Shown: positions 37,339 through 46,952, numbered from the stretch's first letter. The stretch: 64,000 nt of DNA from an uncultured Clostridia bacterium (GCA_949106495.1 CARYZD010000010.1:4790-68789), one strand, 5' to 3'. Program-made: numbers and translations. Notes: generated by a model not told the origin, from the letters alone.

Positions 37339-38883
37339 ATGAATAAAAAGAACTATGTTAAATTAAACAATAATAATAGACATTTATCTTTAGGTAATTT
37401 ATTTAGAATATTAAAAGAGGAAACTAATAACAAAAATTTTACAATTCAATCTGAAATATTTTGTATTCTTTTTGATATTGACTCTATTTCTGATACAACT
37501 GTAAATAATTACTGTACTGGTGTTAGAGCAATAAATTCTAAATACAAATCTATATATGTTAATTGGAAACAAAAATATTTAAAGGATGAAACTATATTTA
37601 AAAATATAATACTAAATATAATTGCTACAATAGATAATAAAAATGTATTTATTACTAAAGACTATTTTAATCAATCAATTGATGTAATTAATAGTAATGT
37701 TAAATTTAATAAAGTTTGCTTAAGACTATATAATATATCTAAAAATGATTTAGAAGTAACAAAAGAATTTTCTTCTCTACTTAAAAGATTACTTGATGCT
37801 AAAAACCTATATAAATTTTTTATTGAAGTGTTATTTTTTGTTATTTTAGATAAAAAACAACCTGTATATATTGAAGATAAATTTATGGATACACTTGATG
37901 ATTTTCTATATTCTTCTGAAGTATCCTCAGATGACGCAATAGATTTTGTAACAGTTCAACTTAAAGGCGGACTTTGGTCAATTAGAGGAATCCATGAACT
38001 TGCTAAAAAAGGAAATCCATATGCTTGTTTTGAAATGGGTTCACTTGAACTTTATGGTCAAGTAGCAGGATATCCAAGATATCAAGAAAGCTATGAATTT
38101 TATAAAACAGCAGCTCAAAAAAAACATCCAAATGCTATTTGGGCTTTAGGACACTTATACTATAACGGATTTGTTGGAACTAAATCTAGAGAAGATATGA
38201 AAAAAGCCTTTAGATATTTTAATAAAGCAAGAAAAGTTAATTGTATTGCAGCCATAAATAGTCTAGGAACAGTTTTTAAGGAAGGAAATGTACCTTTTAT
38301 CTCTAAAGACTTAAAAAAGGCTAAAAAGCTATTTGAATTTGCAGCAAACAAAAATTATGTTTATGCTATAAACAATTTAGGAATAATGTATGAAGAAGAA
38401 GAAAATTATAAAAAAGCATTTGAACTATTTAAATCTTCTTCAGCTCAAGGTGAAAGCTGGGCATCAAATAAACTAGGACAAATGTATAGACAAGGTATTG
38501 GAACTAAAAAAAGTTTGAAAAAAGCGTTTGAGTATTATAATAAAGCAACTGATGCTACAATATACTCTGTATGTTTTTGGTCAAAATACAACTTAGCACA
38601 TTATTTTTATGAAAATGGTGTTGCAGAAATTGGTATAGCAAAAGACATAGATAAAAGTATATCACTACTAGAAGAATGTATAAACCATAACATAACTAAA
38701 GCATATGAAGATTTAATAATTATATATTATTCAAAATACATAAAAAAAGGTGACATAGAATACTTAAATAAAGCAAAAGAATATGCTACAATTTATGAAT
38801 CTAAACCTGAATGCGATATAGATAAAATAAATGAAATTATTAAAACAATAAAAAATACAGATAAAAATAAAATAATATTTTAA
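37339..38883 (+). CDS. Sel1-repeat (TPR-like) protein with putative N-terminal XRE-like HTH
   Basis: The C-terminal half has at least five Sel1-type repeats, for example AIWALGHLYYNGFVGTKSREDMKKAFRYFNKA and SNKLGQMYRQGIGTKKSLKKAFEYYNKA. The N-terminal LSLGNLFRILKEE...SISDTTVNNYCTGVRAIN resembles an XRE helix-turn-helix. Confidence 0.7.
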   Translation: MNKKNYVKLNNNNRHLSLGNLFRILKEETNNKNFTIQSEIFCILFDIDSISDTTVNNYCTGVRAINSKYKSIYVNWKQKYLKDETIFKNIILNIIATIDNKNVFITKDYFNQSIDVINSNVKFNKVCLRLYNISKNDLEVTKEFSSLLKRLLDAKNLYKFFIEVLFFVILDKKQPVYIEDKFMDTLDDFLYSSEVSSDDAIDFVTVQLKGGLWSIRGIHELAKKGNPYACFEMGSLELYGQVAGYPRYQESYEFYKTAAQKKHPNAIWALGHLYYNGFVGTKSREDMKKAFRYFNKARKVNCIAAINSLGTVFKEGNVPFISKDLKKAKKLFEFAANKNYVYAINNLGIMYEEEENYKKAFELFKSSSAQGESWASNKLGQMYRQGIGTKKSLKKAFEYYNKATDATIYSVCFWSKYNLAHYFYENGVAEIGIAKDIDKSISLLEECINHNITKAYEDLIIIYYSKYIKKGDIEYLNKAKEYATIYESKPECDIDKINEIIKTIKNTDKNKIIF

Positions 38884-38920
38884 GATGTTCTAATTTTGAA
38901 TATCTTTTATTGGTATAAAA

Positions 38921-38945
38921 AATGGCATTAAATACTAATGCCATT
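38921..38945. terminator. Bidirectional hairpin terminator between convergent genes
   Basis: AATGGCATTA (38921-38930) pairs with TAATGCCATT (38936-38945). The right arm overlaps the last codons of the adhesin gene. Confidence 0.6.
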
Positions 38946-40926
38946 TTCTTATTAATATTGCACTTAACATTAAAATAATTCCAGATATAATGTATATAAA
39001 TATACCTTTTCCACCTGTTTCTGGTAACTCTATTTTTAATTTATTACTAGCTTCTATATTTACTTGACTTTGCTTACTAGTAATATCTATTTCAACTGCA
39101 TTTTTAGATAATTCATATCCTTCTGGTGCTTTTATTTCTGTTACTTTATACTTTCCAATACTTAATTCAGTAAATTCAATCTTTCCATTTTCATCTGTTG
39201 TTTTTTCTATTGGAGTAAAAGTAGAATCTATATTTCCCAAATTATCTAATTTTTCAAGTTTAAATATTGCGCCACTTAAAAATTTTGTACTATCAATTTT
39301 ATCTACCTTTATTAAAGTTATTTTTCCTTTAATAGAACTATATAAATATACTACTTCTATTTTTTCTAAAGTCATTTTTCCTTTAGAATTTTCTGGTGTA
39401 GATATTAACTCATATCCTTCTATTTTCTTATCCTCTGATGTATAATCATCATTTTCAAATCCATCAATATGAATTGTTGGTAAAATCTCTTTTCCTGTAT
39501 CCTTATCAATATATTTTATATCTACACCAGGAGAGAGTTTCTTGTATACATACACAACCTCCGTATCTGTACTTCCTACTTTTCCATTTGCATTTTTTGG
39601 TGTTGCATATAAACCATAATTACTTATAGTTTTTGGACTTGTTGTATAATTTTCATCGACCCAGTCATTAATAGTATCAGAATCTGCTAATTCATTTCCT
39701 AACTCATCTTCATATTTTACTATTACATTTGATTTATCCCAAATAACAATATTTGATGTTATCGCTCTTGTTTGCCACTTTTCACTTGGAACTAATGTTA
39801 AATAACTTAACTCATTTGTAGCATAGCTTTCAGCATTTGTTTTAACAAGTATTCTACCTCTCGTATAAGTATTAGGCTTAATTGTAAATGTAGGATGAGA
39901 TGCATTTGTTGATACAAATTTATCATTTGCAGCTAAATACACATTCTGGTCACTTGGAAAAGTTCCTCCTGTTATTGTACATGTACCGTTTTGGTAAATA
40001 GCAGAACCATTTGTTGCTGTATTATCTCTTATTGTACCATTAGTTACAATTAATGAGCCAGCATTTTTTATACCTATTGTATTAGTATATATACTTCCAC
40101 CACTAATAGTTGTATTTTTCCCATTAACTATTCCATTTTGATTACCATAAATACTTCCATTACTCATTTTTACTGTACCATAATTACTAATTCCATCAGT
40201 CCATCCAGTAATTTTTGCACCACTTCCTGTAATATTTATTGTCCCATTATTAAAATTATTTATTCCTATCTTAGTTTTATTTTTTCCACTTATTGTACCA
40301 GATGTAATATTTACTGTTCCACCATTATTGTGAATTCCTTCTGTACTACCAGAAATTGTTCCACCTTTAAGATTTACAATTCCTAAATTTCCTATTCCAG
40401 CAAAATTTCCTTCACTAGTTGAATTTCCTGATTCAAAATGACATGTACCAGTAGTATATACGTGAACACCTTGATTTCCATTTACAAAATTACAATTATT
40501 TTGAATATAGCATATTCCTCTTATTATAACATTTGTTGAACCATTTGTACTACTTATCATATTACTTGCATATCTACCATTAAAATTAACATTATTTAAA
40601 TATACTGTTACTCCTCTAGGAATTTCTATACATGTATTTGAAACATCTCCTGGTTTTACATTTCCTGCAGTATCTAGATAATTCCATATTGTATGACCAA
40701 ATCCATATATAATTTTTCTCCCTGTACTTGAGCAATAAATTGTTTCAGTAACTGGTATGTCTGCCTTTACATGTAAATCATAATCTCCTGCAGCTGTTAA
40801 TCCTTCTTTTAAATCTGCAAAATTCCATACCTCTTTACCAACTACACCATAAACATCTTTTGTATTTATTATAAAAATAAATGAAAATAAAACAAATGCT
40901 AATTTTAAAATATTTGTTTTTTTCAA
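38935..40926 (-). CDS. LPXTG-anchored surface protein (beta-helix-like repeats, MucBP-like domains, CnaB/SpaA-type domain)
   Basis: Signal peptide, then a Gly/Asn/Thr-rich repetitive N-terminal half. Two segments of the pattern VxVKYxD..G..L resemble MucBP. GKITLIKVD...TDENGKIEFTELSIGKYKVTEIKAPEGYEL is CnaB-like. The C-terminal sorting signal is LPETGG plus a TM segment plus RKWH. Confidence 0.8.
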   Translation of the reverse strand: MKKTNILKLAFVLFSFIFIINTKDVYGVVGKEVWNFADLKEGLTAAGDYDLHVKADIPVTETIYCSSTGRKIIYGFGHTIWNYLDTAGNVKPGDVSNTCIEIPRGVTVYLNNVNFNGRYASNMISSTNGSTNVIIRGICYIQNNCNFVNGNQGVHVYTTGTCHFESGNSTSEGNFAGIGNLGIVNLKGGTISGSTEGIHNNGGTVNITSGTISGKNKTKIGINNFNNGTINITGSGAKITGWTDGISNYGTVKMSNGSIYGNQNGIVNGKNTTISGGSIYTNTIGIKNAGSLIVTNGTIRDNTATNGSAIYQNGTCTITGGTFPSDQNVYLAANDKFVSTNASHPTFTIKPNTYTRGRILVKTNAESYATNELSYLTLVPSEKWQTRAITSNIVIWDKSNVIVKYEDELGNELADSDTINDWVDENYTTSPKTISNYGLYATPKNANGKVGSTDTEVVYVYKKLSPGVDIKYIDKDTGKEILPTIHIDGFENDDYTSEDKKIEGYELISTPENSKGKMTLEKIEVVYLYSSIKGKITLIKVDKIDSTKFLSGAIFKLEKLDNLGNIDSTFTPIEKTTDENGKIEFTELSIGKYKVTEIKAPEGYELSKNAVEIDITSKQSQVNIEASNKLKIELPETGGKGIFIYIISGIILMLSAILIRKWH

Positions 40927-41067
40927 TATATTAACCTCCGATTTTTTTCTTCTTTATTATTTTACATCAAAACAGAAAAAATTATCAAGATTATATTGTA
41001 TTTATTAATCAATAATTAAAACACTATAAGCATTACATAATTATAATACTTTTAGTGTTTTAAAAAA

Positions 41068-43368
41068 TTATTTAATTATTTCAAGTGGTGTATAGTTAGC
41101 CATAAGTCTTTTAAATCCAGAACCATCAAACATAATTTCTAATTTAAAATCATCACCCTCTGGTTCAATATTTTCAATTATTCCTATACCAAATTTTTTA
41201 TGTTTAACCTCCATACCAACTTTATATTTAGTACTAGAATCTGCTATATTAGCTTTAGAAGTAACTTGTGCACCAGCTAAATTCTTTAAGAATGAGTCTA
41301 CACTAACACCAATATTAGGTTTGGCTTTTCTTTCTACAGTTTCACTAACTCTATTTCTGTTAGATAAATATGTTTCAACTCTTTTATATTCACTATCAAG
41401 CCAAGTATTTTGTGTATTTTGACCTCTATTTTCTTTGTTATCCTTTGAATCTTCAGTTAGTAAAGTATCCGGTATTTCATTTATAAATCTTGATGGCATT
41501 GTAAATGTTGTAGAGCCATATAATGTTCTCTTTTTAGTATTGGTTAAATATAAATGTTGTTTTGCTCTTGTTATTGCAACATAACAAAGTCTTCTTTCCT
41601 CTTCTGTTTGTCCATCTTCTTCTATTGAACGTTTTGAAGGGAATAATCCTTCTTCCATTCCAACTAAAAATACATCTTCAAATTCAAGACCTTTTGCACT
41701 ATGCATAGTCATAAGAGTTACTGCCTCTGTTGATTCGTCTAAATTATCTACATCCGATACAAGTGCAATACTTTCTAAAAAGTCTTCTAAAGAGTTTTCT
41801 GCATTTTCATTTTCAAACTCAATTGCAACACCAATAAATTCCATAAGGTTATCAAAACGAATTTCAGTTTCTTTTGTTCCTTCTGAATTTAACATATCTT
41901 CATATCCAGAGTCTTTTAATACTTTCTTAATAAGCTCTGATACTTTAATATTTTCTTTTTCCTTAACAATATTATTTATCATATCTCTAAAAATAATAAT
42001 ATTTCCAGCACTTCTAATTCCAGTTAAATTATTACTATCTTGTATTAATTCAAATATAGATACACCTTTTTCTGTTGCAAGCATATCTAATTTATCTACT
42101 GCTGTGTCTCCAATTCCTCTTTTAGGCTCATTTATTATTCTCTTTAATGCTATATTGTCATTTTTATTATTAATTAATTTTAGGTAACTAATTATATCTT
42201 TAATTTCTTTTCTAGCATAGAATTTAATTCCACCAATAAGTTTATATGGTGTACCAGATTTCATAAATACTTCTTCAAGAACACGAGCTTGTGCATTTGT
42301 TCTAAATAATACTGCAAAATCTGAATATTTCTTTTCTTCTTTTCTGCAAACTTCATCTATTTTATCTACTACATACTCTACTTCTTCATATTCGTTGTTT
42401 AAAGTTTTATAATCTATTTTATCTCCCTCTTTATTTTGAGTCCACAATACTTTATCAATTTTAGAAGAATTATTTTTTATAACTTCGTTTGCCGCATTTA
42501 GTATATTTTGAGTACTTCTATAGTTTTCCTCAAGCTTAACTATTTTTGCATTAGGAAATTCTTTTTCAAAATTTAATATATTTGTTATATCTGCCCCTCT
42601 AAATCCATATATACTTTGTGATTCATCTCCAACTACACAAATATTTCCTGTTCCAGATGAAAGTAGACTAATTAAAAGAAATTGTGTTTTATTTGTATCT
42701 TGATACTCATCTACAAGTATATAATTAAACTTCTCTTGGTAATATACAAGTCTATCTGGATTTTCTAAGAACAATTTAACTGTAAGCATTATAATATCAT
42801 CAAAATCTATAGAATTATTTTTTCTTAAAGTTGTTTGATACATAGTATAAACTTTAGCTATTTCTTCTTTTCTAAAATCTCCCATAGCATCTTTTTGATA
42901 TTGACTTTCATCTTTCATTACTTCTTTTGCTTTACTAATTTCAGATTTTAAAAGTCCAACTGGATATACTTTTTCATCTATATTTAATTTTTTCATTACT
43001 TCTTTAATAACTTTTTCTTTATCTATTTCATCAAAAATATTAAAGTCTCTAGTATATCCAAGTAGTTCAATTTCTCTTTTTAATATTCTTACACATACAG
43101 AGTGAAAAGTTCCAAGCCACATATCTTGAGCTGCTTGCCCAATTAATCCTTCAACTCTTTCTTTCATCTCTTTAGCTGCTTTATTTGTAAATGTAATTGC
43201 TAGTATTTGCCAAGGTTTAACTATTTCTTTTTCTAGTAAATATGCTATTTTATATGTTAAAACTCTAGTTTTTCCTGAACCTGCACCAGCAAGAATTAGA
43301 AGTGGTCCATCCATATATTCAACCGCTTCTTTTTGTCTATCATTTAATCCATTTAATAATTCACTCAT
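41068..43368 (-). CDS. pcrA: ATP-dependent DNA helicase PcrA (UvrD family)
   Basis: LNDRQKEAV, AGAGSGKTRVLT, VDEYQDTN, TMHSAKGLEF and VAITRAK motifs. Confidence 0.95.
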   Translation of the reverse strand: MSELLNGLNDRQKEAVEYMDGPLLILAGAGSGKTRVLTYKIAYLLEKEIVKPWQILAITFTNKAAKEMKERVEGLIGQAAQDMWLGTFHSVCVRILKREIELLGYTRDFNIFDEIDKEKVIKEVMKKLNIDEKVYPVGLLKSEISKAKEVMKDESQYQKDAMGDFRKEEIAKVYTMYQTTLRKNNSIDFDDIIMLTVKLFLENPDRLVYYQEKFNYILVDEYQDTNKTQFLLISLLSSGTGNICVVGDESQSIYGFRGADITNILNFEKEFPNAKIVKLEENYRSTQNILNAANEVIKNNSSKIDKVLWTQNKEGDKIDYKTLNNEYEEVEYVVDKIDEVCRKEEKKYSDFAVLFRTNAQARVLEEVFMKSGTPYKLIGGIKFYARKEIKDIISYLKLINNKNDNIALKRIINEPKRGIGDTAVDKLDMLATEKGVSIFELIQDSNNLTGIRSAGNIIIFRDMINNIVKEKENIKVSELIKKVLKDSGYEDMLNSEGTKETEIRFDNLMEFIGVAIEFENENAENSLEDFLESIALVSDVDNLDESTEAVTLMTMHSAKGLEFEDVFLVGMEEGLFPSKRSIEEDGQTEEERRLCYVAITRAKQHLYLTNTKKRTLYGSTTFTMPSRFINEIPDTLLTEDSKDNKENRGQNTQNTWLDSEYKRVETYLSNRNRVSETVERKAKPNIGVSVDSFLKNLAGAQVTSKANIADSSTKYKVGMEVKHKKFGIGIIENIEPEGDDFKLEIMFDGSGFKRLMANYTPLEIIK

Positions 43369-43369
43369 T

Positions 43370-44089
43370 TTACACCTCTACTAATCCACCATAATCTATA
43401 ACATCTAAATCTTTAAATTCTATTATTTTAAGATTTCTTTTTGTTATAAATTCTCTAATTTTATTATTTCTATCTATTTTTTCCAAATCTCCAAATATAA
43501 CTATATTATTATCTACTCTTGCTATTGCTCCACCTATAAACCCTGTCATATTACTATAATTACCATATTCATCTTTAAGTTTTATATCTGGAACATAATC
43601 TAATAGCAATACACTAATATTATTTGCTATTAATTTTTCTGCTATTTTCTTATCTGTTGTAATAACACTTGAATCATCTATTACAGCAATTGAACAATTT
43701 GTATATCCTTGTTCAACATTTATTAGCTCATAGCTGTTATCATTTAACAGTTTAAGAACTGTTTTGTCTGTATATTTAAAATTATGTACTGCATAATTTC
43801 CTACAATACAAACATTATACTTTATATCATCTGGATAATTTAATCCTACTTCTTCTTTACCTGAAATAATATTATACTCAGTATTTTTTAACATAAAAAC
43901 TAAGTCATCATATTTACTCTTCTCTACAATAAGTGTATCTCCAATTTTAGTAGTAAATATATCTACATGAGATGAAATTTCAGAATATACATTTTCACTC
44001 TTTTCTATTTCAACTAATCTATAACCTAGATACTTGAGAGTATTTTTCTCTATATTTCTCATTCTTTTATCTATTATTATATATTCCAT
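43370..44089 (-). CDS. Hypothetical protein translationally coupled to pcrA
   Basis: A 239-aa ORF. Its stop TAA is 1 nt from the pcrA ATG, and the pcrA RBS (GAGGTG) lies in its last codons. No confident family assignment. Confidence 0.6.
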   Translation of the reverse strand: MEYIIIDKRMRNIEKNTLKYLGYRLVEIEKSENVYSEISSHVDIFTTKIGDTLIVEKSKYDDLVFMLKNTEYNIISGKEEVGLNYPDDIKYNVCIVGNYAVHNFKYTDKTVLKLLNDNSYELINVEQGYTNCSIAVIDDSSVITTDKKIAEKLIANNISVLLLDYVPDIKLKDEYGNYSNMTGFIGGAIARVDNNIVIFGDLEKIDRNNKIREFITKRNLKIIEFKDLDVIDYGGLVEV

Positions 44090-44191
44090 ATACCACCTCT
44101 AAACTTATGTTTGTTTTTACAAAAGCTATTATATCAAAAAAGAAAGTGTATTTCAAGGAGAATAATAATAACAATATAAATTTACAGAAAA

Positions 44192-44217
44192 AGTAAAAAG
44201 GTGAGCATTCGCCCACC
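44192..44217 (-). terminator. GC-rich hairpin terminator downstream of the high-GC ORF
   Basis: Minus strand reads GGTGGGC-GAAT-GCTCACC followed by TTTTTACTTTTT. Confidence 0.55.
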
Positions 44218-44334
44218 TCCTTACGGTACTTAAAATCATAATTGTTTCAATATTCAGTTTTTTTGGAAATTAAGTTATCTCCATTTAACACACTCAAAGA
44301 ATCCCTGATGTCTGGTTCATTTTGGAGCCTTGCT

Positions 44335-44859
44335 CTATGCTTCCTTTTCCTTTGCTGCCTTCTCAAGCGAAGAAGTATAATGCTCAAGCTGCTGCTTCAA
44401 GTAGAACTCCAAATTACGGATTTTTTCCACCTTTGCTTTCTTGCCTTTTTTAACTTCTTTCTTCAGGTCCTTGATAAGACTCTTGTCAATCCCGCCGATA
44501 GCCTTAAGCGCCTCATTATGCTCCTGATTAATTGCCATCTTGCCGCCATAAAGCTTTTCAAAGACTTCCTCAACACATTCCATATCCTCAGCCGCTTTCT
44601 CCAGAAGCTTTCCAAGCTCTTTTTGTCCAAGCATCTGAACATAGCTTACATCCAGTATAAACGGAGCTTTTCCGATATAGCTCACAGCTTCAGGCTTTTC
44701 AATTCTGAACATTCCTTCAGCATTACACTGGTCAAGCACAATAGCCCGCTCCTGAAACACAACAGGATTAACCACCCTGTAAATACTTGATAACATGTTA
44801 ACGTCCTTGTTGTGGATATATGCCACCATAGTTCCACCTTCGATTACCATTTTCTTCAT
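44335..44859 (-). CDS. Hypothetical protein encoded by a compositionally foreign (higher G+C) gene
   Basis: Strong RBS AAGGAGGAA 6 nt upstream of the ATG, with its own promoter and terminator. Five consecutive 60-nt lines (44401-44700) have 20, 29, 25, 28 and 25 G+C by hand count, against 13/60 in flanking line 44041-44100. Codon choice (GCC, CTC, CCG, AAG) is unlike the neighbours. The C-terminus is Lys/Glu-rich. Confidence 0.7.
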   Translation of the reverse strand: MKKMVIEGGTMVAYIHNKDVNMLSSIYRVVNPVVFQERAIVLDQCNAEGMFRIEKPEAVSYIGKAPFILDVSYVQMLGQKELGKLLEKAAEDMECVEEVFEKLYGGKMAINQEHNEALKAIGGIDKSLIKDLKKEVKKGKKAKVEKIRNLEFYLKQQLEHYTSSLEKAAKEKEA

Positions 44860-44922
44860 GCTTAATTCCTCCTTAAAAGAGTGTAATTATACTACCTACA
44901 TAAAGTTTTCTGTTACGCTAAT

Positions 44923-44951
44923 ATTATAACATAGTTTACATATTATGACAA
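44923..44951 (-). promoter_or_regulatory. sigma-A type promoter TTGTCA-17 nt-TATAAT for the high-GC ORF
   Basis: Minus-strand TTGTCA (plus 44946-44951) and TATAAT (plus 44923-44928), about 64 nt upstream of the ATG. Confidence 0.5.
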
Positions 44952-44979
44952 TATTTTCACATATAAGTTAAATAAAAAC

Positions 44980-44998
44980 TCATGATTTTAAATCATGA
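44980..44998 (-). terminator. Hairpin terminator downstream of ypeB
   Basis: TCATGATT-TTA-AATCATGA palindrome, with a T-run on the minus strand. Confidence 0.55.
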
Positions 44999-45024
44999 AT
45001 TCTTATTTAACACTTATATATAAC

Positions 45025-46398
45025 TTACATTGCCAAAGTTCCACCAGGTGTATCAAGTAATATATAAATTTTTTCTTGCACTAAGGTATCTGCATTAATA
45101 TATATTAAATACTTTTTATCTTCTATGCTTCCTTCGAATTCATAAACTAGTACCTCATCTTTAGAATCTGTTGGAATAATACATAATCTTTCATTTTCAA
45201 TTTTTATTTCATCATATAAGCTTGCTCTGGCTTCATCTATACTTTTTTGTGGATTAATTTCTCTTTCTTTATGATTATATATATATCCATTAGCCTCAAA
45301 ATTCATTATTTCTCCATTATCTAATGCAAGCTTTACTTTAATTAAATCTGAATAAATAATTACATTGTCTTGTGTAGCAGCAAAAGATATAGTTATCATA
45401 TTATCTGCTTTTAAAAAGTATGTTGGAGTAATATTATCTATACCTAATGAATTAATAAATTGTGATGCTTTTGTCTTTGCTTCTTCTACAGTTATATTTT
45501 CAACATTGCATTTTTTATCTGATATCATTTGATATATTTTTCCATCATCTTTAGTTGCATAAATTGTTTTTAAAGTTTCAATATTTTTCAATTTAACTTC
45601 ATAAATATATAATGGTATTCTTCCATTTTGTTCTTCTTTAAATGTTATATTTTCAATATCTAACTTTTTCTTAAGCTCATTTTCTACTTCCTCTGATGTT
45701 AAGATATTTCCTGTCAAATATGCAGGTTTAAGTGTTAATATATGATTTGAAAAAGCACCATCATATATTATTCCTTCATATTCTGTAAATGTCTTTCCTA
45801 TATAATTTACTTTTGATACTTCTTGTTCTGCACTACTATCATTTATTTTTGCATCACCAATTTTTTCTAACTCATCCCATTTTATTCTACCATCATTTAG
45901 TTCAACATATATATCTTCTACAACATTAGATAAACTACTTATTTTATCATAAAGTGTATCTATATTATCCTTATAATCTGATATATTATTTCCATTTAAT
46001 AAATTTCTCATTAATACATAAGAAAAATCACTAAGTTGATTTAAAAACTTAGAAACATTGGATATACTATTTGCAGAAAAAGGTAAATTGTCTAAATTTG
46101 AATTTGCACTATTAGATTTAGCAAAAATACTTGCAAGTGTTGTCATAGTATATGTGTCATTTGTTGTAAGTCTTAATTTCAATATTTCATTTTCTATATT
46201 ATTAACATTTGCCACAAAATCATACATAGACTTATTATATCCGTCTTGAACTTCTTGTTTTTGTATTTTATATCTCTTTAAAAATATCATAAAACCTAAT
46301 GTAATTATACAAACCATTGCAAAAAAAATAATTCCAATATTTTTCTCTCCTAGTTTCTTTTTTATCTGTATTACTTTTTTTTCAAATTTTTCTAGCAT
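45025..46398 (-). CDS. ypeB: Germination protein YpeB
   Basis: N-terminal TM segment and PepSY-like C-terminal repeats, located immediately downstream of sleB. I prefer the ATG at 46398 (MLEKFEKK...), which has GGAGGA upstream and lies 1 nt after the sleB stop, over the tracked start at 46422. Confidence 0.8.
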   Translation of the reverse strand: MLEKFEKKVIQIKKKLGEKNIGIIFFAMVCIITLGFMIFLKRYKIQKQEVQDGYNKSMYDFVANVNNIENEILKLRLTTNDTYTMTTLASIFAKSNSANSNLDNLPFSANSISNVSKFLNQLSDFSYVLMRNLLNGNNISDYKDNIDTLYDKISSLSNVVEDIYVELNDGRIKWDELEKIGDAKINDSSAEQEVSKVNYIGKTFTEYEGIIYDGAFSNHILTLKPAYLTGNILTSEEVENELKKKLDIENITFKEEQNGRIPLYIYEVKLKNIETLKTIYATKDDGKIYQMISDKKCNVENITVEEAKTKASQFINSLGIDNITPTYFLKADNMITISFAATQDNVIIYSDLIKVKLALDNGEIMNFEANGYIYNHKEREINPQKSIDEARASLYDEIKIENERLCIIPTDSKDEVLVYEFEGSIEDKKYLIYINADTLVQEKIYILLDTPGGTLAM

Positions 46399-46399
46399 C

Positions 46400-46888
46400 T
46401 TATTCCTCCAAAGCAAATACATGCTTACCTATTGTAGTAACTGTCTTTAGTGAGAATAACCATTTACTTTTAGTTTTAGAAGGATTATAAAAATAAAGAG
46501 CACCATTTGTTGGATCAACTCCATTCATTGCATCTTGTGCTGCTTTATATACTGTTGAATTTTCATCTATTGCAACATCAAACTGACCATCTGTAACAGA
46601 AGAAAATTGTTGATTTTGATATATTACACCTGCAATTGTATTCGGAAAAGATGCATCTTTTACTCTATTCATAATTACTGCTCCAACTGCTACTTGACCT
46701 ATATATGGTTCTCCTCTTGCTTCTCCATTAATTAATCTTGCTAGTAATTCTACCATATTATCTCCAGATGCTTTTGTTGTTGAAATTGAGCTTTCTGCTT
46801 TTTGAGTTTGTGCATATACTACTATACTCAAAAATAAGAAACAAAACAAAAAAAGACACACTGTATATTTCTTTTTCATAACTTTCAC
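46400..46888 (-). CDS. sleB: Spore cortex-lytic enzyme, SleB/CwlJ family (catalytic domain only, with signal peptide)
   Basis: LLARLINGEARGEPYIGQVAVGAVIMNRV...FPNTIAGVIYQ..QFS is the Hydrolase_2 signature. It is paired with ypeB. Confidence 0.85.
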   Translation of the reverse strand: MKVMKKKYTVCLFLFCFLFLSIVVYAQTQKAESSISTTKASGDNMVELLARLINGEARGEPYIGQVAVGAVIMNRVKDASFPNTIAGVIYQNQQFSSVTDGQFDVAIDENSTVYKAAQDAMNGVDPTNGALYFYNPSKTKSKWLFSLKTVTTIGKHVFALEE

Positions 46889-46952
46889 CTACTATTATTT
46901 TGGTTAAGTTATACAAAAATATACAATATGCCACATTTTTAACTGTTTTATA

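Noticed and set aside
44242-44790. Tracked 182-aa plus-strand ORF inside the high-GC island
   Set aside because: It has a TTG start without an RBS and a Leu/Phe/Cys-rich translation. It is antisense to the minus-strand ORF, which has a strong RBS, promoter and terminator. It is a shadow ORF made possible by the locally higher G+C.
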